Shown piece after piece: positions 63,333-64,000 of a stretch of 64,000 nt of DNA (positions within the stretch are counted from its first letter, which is position 1; each line of letters starts with the position of its first letter). Source of the DNA: Octopus sinensis (Eukaryota). The position numbers were made by a program, and so were the translations under genes. The stretch is from positions 58,652,001-58,716,000 of the forward strand of contig NC_043010.1 of the NCBI RefSeq assembly GCF_006345805.1. The letters are read 5' to 3'. A model generated the notes under the pieces. That model was given only the letters and a program-made list of their open reading frames with translations, was not told the origin of the DNA and ran no database searches.

Positions 63333-63772
63333 CATATGCAAATACATATACACACACATATATATTTATATATATACATTGTTATTTCATTTTGATTTCT
63401 ATTCACCTGGTGGTGGAGGTGGTGAAGTCGTTGGTGTTGCATGGGGTGTGGGGCTGGTAGTGGGGTGGGGGTGGAGCTCAAAGTATTGTTGTTGCTCTAC
63501 TTGCTGTCTGCTTATAAAGTGTTCAAATTATATTTGTTCTTTTCTATATATGTGAGTGCGGGTGTTTGTGTGTACACGTGCATATGTATGTATATATATA
63601 TATATATATACATACACACACATGTGTATATACATGTATACATACACACATATATAAACACAAAAATACACAATTAGATATGTATGTATTTGCATTCATG
63701 TATATCTAAGTTTATATATCTCTCTTTACCTATGAATATATTGCTTATATACCCACACACACATATATATAT

Positions 63773-63803
<31 letters not shown>

Positions 63804-64000
63804 AATATACATACATATATATATATATACATATATATATTTATGTTTTATACATATATATATATATGGATAGAGAAATATAGATATCAATACATTATTA
63901 TGTAGTTATACATACATATATATATATATGTGTGTGCGTGTCTTTATATATATATGTATACACATGATTATTTGTATACATATACATGCATATATATGTG
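62270..64000. repeat. (TA)/(CA)/(CATA) cryptically simple microsatellite field
   Basis: Direct reading. Confidence 0.85.

Overview
Eukaryotic, AT-rich, microsatellite-saturated genomic DNA, almost certainly a coleoid cephalopod (Octopus-like). This is inferred from the SINE/RTE/Penelope repeat landscape and the protocadherin type, not from a database search. The only host coding sequence I can support is one large minus-strand protocadherin exon (acceptor at 42319, ATG at 42286 or 42262, GTAAGT donor at 39889). It encodes a signal peptide, six cadherin repeats, a TM helix and the start of the cytoplasmic tail. I could not find its downstream cytoplasmic exon(s) or upstream 5'UTR exon. The rest is transposon debris: tRNA-derived SINE families, RTE LINE fragments, two families of RLE (R4/Dong-like) LINE 3' ends, Penelope-like remnants carrying minimal hammerhead ribozyme motifs, a decayed Helitron, an internally deleted Tc1/mariner and MITEs. 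Nearly all other ORFs in the track are microsatellite or repeat artefacts. The best leads are a tRNA-headed element fused to a Penelope hammerhead, CTCF/CGCT-box-like motifs upstream of the protocadherin, a promoter-like island with four helically phased ATCAATA sites, and several fold-back inverted duplications. Repeat boundaries are approximate (read by eye, about +/-20 bp), and repeat family names A-E are my own labels.
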